A DNA stretch of 56,324 bases from Candidatus Nanopelagicales bacterium (GTDB lineage: Bacteria > Actinomycetota > Actinomycetes > S36-B12): contig JBIJBU010000001.1 in the NCBI GenBank assembly GCA_044345075.1, positions 1-56,324 on the forward strand, given 5' to 3'. Under the pieces are notes generated by a model. It was given only the letters and a program-made list of their open reading frames with translations. It had not been told where the DNA came from and made no database searches. Both the position numbers and the translations under genes were made by a program. Below, one piece after another: positions 52,753 to 56,324 of this stretch. How positions within the stretch are numbered: the stretch's first letter is position 1; each line of letters begins with the position of its first letter.

Positions 52753-53502
52753 CTAGCGGAACTGCGCTACGCGCTGTTCTGTGTCATCGATGGAATATGA
52801 AGTGGACCATTCATAGGCGAGGCCCTCAGCAAGCTCGAGCTCATCCGCAGCGCGGTAAAGATCCTTGTACGCGAGCAGCGCGCCTTTGCTGTGACCGGCG
52901 ATGGTTGCTGTGAGTGCGTCGACAGCTGCGCTGAGCTCTTCGAGCGGATGAGATGCGCAGGCGAGCCCCCACTCTGCAGACTGAACGCCAGTGAAGGTCA
53001 TCGCGGAGTAGGAGATGAGTCGAGCGCGCTGTGGGCCGACGAGTCGCGGAAGTCGCTGACTCATTCCCCACGACGGGCGCAGGCCCCACTTGCCATGCGT
53101 ATCTCCGAACTTCGCTTCATTTGCGGCGATGATCAGATCGCAGGCGAGCGCGAGCTCGAGTGCACCGGTGAAACAGAAGCCGTTGATCTTGGCGATGACG
53201 ATGGCTTCGAGTGAGGCGATCGCGTCAATGACCGCGCGTGCGGGAACGTCGAGATAGTCACCGACGGCTCCACCTTCGAGTGATCTTGCGCCGAGAGCCT
53301 TGAGATCGACGCCGGCACTGAACGCGCGACCCTCACCGGTGATGATCACCGCGCGGATTGTCGGGTCAGTAGCGATCTTTGAGAGGGCGTCGGCAATTTC
53401 GCCGAGCATCACCACGGTGATCGCATTCATTGCCTCAGGGCGATTCAGGGTGATCGTTGCGGTGGGGGAGTCAATCTCAAGACGAATCTGTTCGTAGGTC
53501 AT
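52753..53502 (-). CDS. Enoyl-CoA hydratase/isomerase (crotonase) family protein
   Basis: Motifs are LNRPEAMNAI, GEGRAFSAGVDLK and NGFCFTGALELALACD. Confidence 0.85.
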   Translation of the reverse strand: MTYEQIRLEIDSPTATITLNRPEAMNAITVVMLGEIADALSKIATDPTIRAVIITGEGRAFSAGVDLKALGARSLEGGAVGDYLDVPARAVIDAIASLEAIVIAKINGFCFTGALELALACDLIIAANEAKFGDTHGKWGLRPSWGMSQRLPRLVGPQRARLISYSAMTFTGVQSAEWGLACASHPLEELSAAVDALTATIAGHSKGALLAYKDLYRAADELELAEGLAYEWSTSYSIDDTEQRVAQFR

Positions 53503-53557
53503 GGACGCAACCTACTTATGGCAGCTGCGGCAGGCAGGCGTTCGTCCCGAAAGTGAC

Positions 53558-53592
53558 GAATCTCCCCGCCCAACGTGCGGGCAGGGAGATTC
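53558..53592 (-). terminator. Long hairpin downstream of the small minus-strand gene
   Basis: GAATCTCCC and GGGAGATTC form a 9-bp outer stem. An inner GCCC/GGGC pairing extends it. The hairpin lies between the stop at 53610 and the next gene start at 53502. Confidence 0.5.
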
Positions 53593-53609
53593 GAGAGTTG
53601 AGCGGAGGG

Positions 53610-53906
53610 TTAGTCCTCGTGGCCCGGCTTGGTCGGCTCGAAGCCGGCGGCCTTGAGCATCTTGCGGAAATCGACGATCTGCTGCTCACCGCAGTCGTGG
53701 CCCTTGGGGCGGTCGAAGAATTCCATCTGGTCGCCCACGTGGATCTTGAACTTGCCGCTGTGGTTCTCCTCGACGGTGCCGACGGCCTCGAGCAGGCTGA
53801 TGGCGTCGTGCCAGCGCACGTTGTGGCTGGTCGGGTGGGCGAAGATCGCCGTGAGAGTGTCGGTGTGGTGGTTGTTCAGGTGCACCGGCTGATCTTGGTT
53901 GGTCAT
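53610..53906 (-). CDS. Hypothetical small His-rich protein (98 aa)
   Basis: I trimmed the ORF to ATG 53906 (MTNQDQPVHLNNHHTDTLTAIFAHPTSHNVRWHDAISLLEAVG...). The composition looks coding. I recognise no family. Confidence 0.5.
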   Translation of the reverse strand: MTNQDQPVHLNNHHTDTLTAIFAHPTSHNVRWHDAISLLEAVGTVEENHSGKFKIHVGDQMEFFDRPKGHDCGEQQIVDFRKMLKAAGFEPTKPGHED

Positions 53907-53971
53907 CACTGCCTCTCGAAGATGCGCCTCGTCGTTGATGCGCCTGAAGCAGAGCGTACGTGATGGGGAAT

Positions 53972-54008
53972 GTTGAAGGGGCACCCCTCAAGGGGGTACC
54001 CCTTCAAC
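53972..54008 (-). terminator. Strong hairpin immediately 3' of tRNA-Ser(CGA)
   Basis: GTTGAAGGGG and CCCCTTCAAC form a perfect 10-bp outer stem. It encloses two GGGG-NN-CCCC mini-palindromes and abuts the tRNA 3' end. Confidence 0.6.
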
Positions 54009-54009
54009 A

Positions 54010-54099
54010 TGGCGGTGGCGGTGGGATTTGAACCCACGGTGAGCTTTCACCCACACACGCTTTCGAGGCGTGCTCCTTTGGCCGCTCGGACACGCCACC
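54010..54099 (-). tRNA. tRNA-Ser (anticodon CGA), CCA encoded
   Basis: The reverse complement reads GGTGGCG-TG-TCCGAGCGGCCAAAGGAG-CACGC-CT-CGA-AA-GCGTG, then a long variable arm, then GTGGGTTCAAATCCCAC-CGCCACC-G-CCA. The cloverleaf folds by hand. Confidence 0.9.
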
Positions 54100-54120
54100 G
54101 CAGAAAAGCCTACAAGCACG

Positions 54121-54153
54121 AAGCGGGACGAACCGAATCGGTCCGTCCCGCTT
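54121..54153 (-). terminator. Hairpin 3' of tRNA-Ser(GGA)
   Basis: AAGCGGGACG and CGTCCCGCTT form a perfect 10-bp stem. On the minus strand it is followed by a CTTTTC tract. Confidence 0.6.
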
Positions 54154-54164
54154 ACGTATCAGCG

Positions 54165-54249
54165 CGGAGGATAGGGGATTTGAACCCCTGAGGGGTTTCC
54201 CCCAACCCGCGTTCCAGGCGAGCGCCATAGGCCACTAGGCGAATCCTCC
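54165..54249 (-). tRNA. tRNA-Ser (anticodon GGA), CCA not encoded
   Basis: The reverse complement reads GGAGGAT-TC-GCCTAGTGGCCTATGGC-G-CTCGC-CT-GGA-AC-GCGGG, then a long variable arm, then AGGGGTTCAAATCCCCT-ATCCTCC-G. Confidence 0.88.
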
Positions 54250-54311
54250 GTGGGAGAGGCTACAAGTTGGGGCACTTGGTGAGCCAATCGCCTGCCGCGT
54301 ACCCTTATGTC

Positions 54312-54399
54312 GACCCCTCGTGCGGCGTCATCTCGCTGAACCCCCCCAGGGCCGGAAGGCAGCAAGGGCAGGCGGGCTCTGATGGGTGTGCGGGGGGTC
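54312..54399 (+). ncRNA. ffs: Signal recognition particle RNA (small 4.5S-type); ends approximate
   Basis: The conserved domain IV core CCAGGGCCGGAAGGCAGCAAGGGCAGG compares with E. coli AGGUCCGGAAGGAAGCAGCCAAGGCAG. The flanks GACCCCTCGTGCGGCG and TGTGCGGGGGGTC pair into a long closing helix. It sits in the classical position just upstream of dnaX. Confidence 0.75.
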
Positions 54400-54438
54400 C
54401 CTTGTCTCTTCTCGGGCGCATAAGGTTGCGGGGTGTCC

Positions 54439-56324
54439 ATGGCCCTGTATCGCACCTATCGCCCCGCGCGACTCGACGATGTCGTGGGCCAAGATCACGT
54501 CACTGACCCATTGCGTCGCGCCCTTGAGAACGATCGCGTCGCACATGCGTATCTCTTCTCCGGCCCGCGCGGCTGCGGCAAGACCTCGACCGCACGCATC
54601 CTCGCTCGTTCACTGAACTGCGAGAAGGGCCCGACCCCTGATCCGTGCGGTGAATGCCAGAGCTGCCTTGATCTTGCGGCCAATGGCTCCGGTTCCATCG
54701 ATGTCATCGAGCTCGACGCTGCTAGTCATGGTGGTGTCGACGACACTCGTGATCTCCGCGAACGCGCGATGTTCGCGCCGGCTTCGTCGCGCTACAAGAT
54801 CTACATCATCGACGAGGCTCACATGGTTACCACGGCAGGCTTCAATGCCCTGCTGAAGTTGGTGGAAGAGCCACCCGAGCACGTGCGCTTCATCTTCGCC
54901 ACGACCGAGGCCGACAAGGTCCTTCCGACCATTCGCTCGCGCACGCACAACTACACGTTCCGTCTCGTGTCAGCGCGAACTTTGCAGCAGCACCTGGCAA
55001 CGGTGTGCGAGGCAGAAGGCGTGCCCGCCGAGGCGAATGCCCTCGCACTCATCGCTCGCGCCGGTGCGGGCAGTGTTCGTGACAGCCTCTCGATCCTCAG
55101 TCAGGTCATCTCAGGCTCGGGCCCCGATGGCGTCACGTACGCAACTGCGGTCGCGCAGTTGGGCATGACAGATTCCACGCTGCTTGATGCCACCGTCGAC
55201 GCACTCGCCGCGCACGATGGCGCTGCGCTCTTCACGGTGATTGATCAGGTGATGGATGCCGGTCATGATCCCCGTCGTTTCGTCACCGATCTTCTCGAGC
55301 GCATGCGCAATCTGATCGTGCTGCAGCATGTGAGTGGCGCTGCCCAACTCGGCCTCATCGATGCACCCGAAGACGAAATTGCCCGCCAGGTCGATCAATC
55401 CGCGCTGTTCGGAGCTTCAGAACTCGCGCGCGCTTCTGACGTTGTCAGTGAAGGACTCAGCGGACTCAAGGGTGCAACGGCGCCGCGTCTGCATCTTGAA
55501 TTGATGGCAGCCAAGCTGCTCTTGCCCGCGGCCGACTCTGATGAGCGTGGCACTCGTGCGCGACTCGATCAGCTCGAGCGCCGCATCTCGTCAGGTGAAT
55601 TCCATCAGGCCGCTCACCCTGCCGATGCACCGATCGCGGCACCGGCCGCTGCGGTCGCCGCTCCTGCTGCACCCGCGATACCGGTTCCGCCTGTCGCACC
55701 CGCGGTCTCCGCTCCGGCTGCCGAGGCACCTGCCGCAGCGGCATCTGAGGCACCCTCGCGTCCGAAGAAGCTCAGCGATGTCGCGCCCTCGACCAAGAAG
55801 GAGTCGGCTGCGTCGCGTCCGCCGATGAAGCCGGCGGAGAAGGCCGCTGCAGTTGAGGCCGAAGCCGCTGCCGCCGAGCCGGTTGTCGCGCCGTCGAACC
55901 CGAACGCCTCGCTGCCGCAGCTCGTGTCCATGTGGCCGGCAATTCTTGATGCGACCAAGTCGTACTCGCGCGTGGCATGGATGGTCTTCAGCGACTCGGC
56001 CCCGCTCTCGCTCGAGAATGGCGTTCTCGCGGTCGGTGTCGAGAATGCGAGCAAGGCGGCGAACGCCAAGGCAAGCGGTCATGATGAGCGACTGCGCCAG
56101 GCGGTACTCGATGTTTTCCGAACTGATGTGCGCATTGACATCGTGCTTGCGCCCAATGCCACCGCACGTCTAGTGAATGCGGCTCCCGTCGATGCATCAG
56201 ACGATTCCGGTGATTCATCAGCACCTGCTGTCGCCATCGTGGTCGAGCCCGATGCGCCCAGCATTGATGACGAGGATCTCGATGACACCTCAGGTGTCGA
56301 CTTGATCATGCGCGAGCTCGGCGG
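54439..56324 (+). CDS. dnaX: DNA polymerase III subunit gamma/tau, partial (the 3' end runs off the window)
   Basis: This ORF is not in the ORF track because it has no stop. From ATG 54439 it reads MALYRTYRPARLDDVVGQDHV...AHAYLFSGPRGCGKTSTARILA..LNC...PCGECQSC...IDEAHM. A Pro/Ala-rich linker spans about 55590-55900. The frame is open to 56324 and ends ...GVDLIMRELGG. Confidence 0.92.
   Translation, partial: MALYRTYRPARLDDVVGQDHVTDPLRRALENDRVAHAYLFSGPRGCGKTSTARILARSLNCEKGPTPDPCGECQSCLDLAANGSGSIDVIELDAASHGGVDDTRDLRERAMFAPASSRYKIYIIDEAHMVTTAGFNALLKLVEEPPEHVRFIFATTEADKVLPTIRSRTHNYTFRLVSARTLQQHLATVCEAEGVPAEANALALIARAGAGSVRDSLSILSQVISGSGPDGVTYATAVAQLGMTDSTLLDATVDALAAHDGAALFTVIDQVMDAGHDPRRFVTDLLERMRNLIVLQHVSGAAQLGLIDAPEDEIARQVDQSALFGASELARASDVVSEGLSGLKGATAPRLHLELMAAKLLLPAADSDERGTRARLDQLERRISSGEFHQAAHPADAPIAAPAAAVAAPAAPAIPVPPVAPAVSAPAAEAPAAAASEAPSRPKKLSDVAPSTKKESAASRPPMKPAEKAAAVEAEAAAAEPVVAPSNPNASLPQLVSMWPAILDATKSYSRVAWMVFSDSAPLSLENGVLAVGVENASKAANAKASGHDERLRQAVLDVFRTDVRIDIVLAPNATARLVNAAPVDASDDSGDSSAPAVAIVVEPDAPSIDDEDLDDTSGVDLIMRELG

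Noticed and set aside
55590-55900. A repetitive GC-rich stretch (GCC/GCG/CCG-rich) with several overlapping six-frame ORFs lies inside dnaX.
   Set aside because: It encodes the low-complexity Pro/Ala-rich linker of the tau subunit, in frame with dnaX. It has no regular repeat unit, so it is neither a CRISPR nor a tandem-repeat element. I also saw no A-AAA-AAG-type slippery site that would suggest gamma-subunit frameshifting.
1-56324. I searched the window for CRISPR arrays, IS elements, transposases, integrases, phage genes, toxin-antitoxin pairs and classical defence systems.
   Set aside because: I noticed no regularly spaced repeats and no transposase, integrase or recombinase motifs. I also saw no restriction-modification, Cas or abortive-infection-like ORFs. 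The two tRNA-Ser genes have no adjacent integrase or duplicated attachment sequence.

Overview
This is a GC-rich, gene-dense chromosomal segment. I support about 56 CDS, 2 tRNA-Ser genes and 1 SRP RNA. I saw no CRISPR array, transposase, integrase or phage genes. Several genes point to Actinomycetota: mshD, a mycothiol-type isomerase fold, an orphan GlnR-type regulator next to mshD, a divergent Corynebacterium-type glgA/glgC pair, a ppk1-CYTH/CHAD-Nudix operon, and tRNA-Ser/ffs/dnaX.

The flanks are ordinary. Positions 1-8 kb hold an amidohydrolase, fucU, lysA, an amino-acid ABC transporter and xylB. Positions 38.8-56.3 kb hold glycogen, polyphosphate, mycothiol, SRP RNA and dnaX genes.

The centre, about 7.9-38.8 kb, is the unusual part. 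It looks like a catabolic island built from repeated parts:
- three glutamine-synthetase-like (GS-like) ligases
- three amidotransferase-like hydrolases (one PuuD/C26-type, two GATase1)
- two cytochromes P450, served by a single ferredoxin/ferredoxin-reductase pair
- an extradiol ring-cleavage set (LigB-type dioxygenase, aldehyde dehydrogenase, FAH hydrolase)
- a NicX-like (2,5-dihydroxypyridine-dioxygenase-like) protein next to an alpha/beta hydrolase
- an aryl-CoA-ligase-like enzyme, two acyl-CoA-dehydrogenase-fold proteins, a family III CoA-transferase and purU
- MarR, TetR and GntR regulators

I read this as a multi-module pathway that uses gamma-glutamylation to degrade amines or N-heterocycles. 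It resembles the Puu, Ipu and aniline-type pathways, but I do not recognise this gene combination as a described pathway.

A 22-bp palindrome, consensus GATCGTTCGG-N2-CCGAACGATC, recurs in five promoter regions of the island and suggests one shared regulon. All family calls rest on reading the translated ORFs for motifs and remembered homology. No database search was possible, so substrate-level statements are inference.
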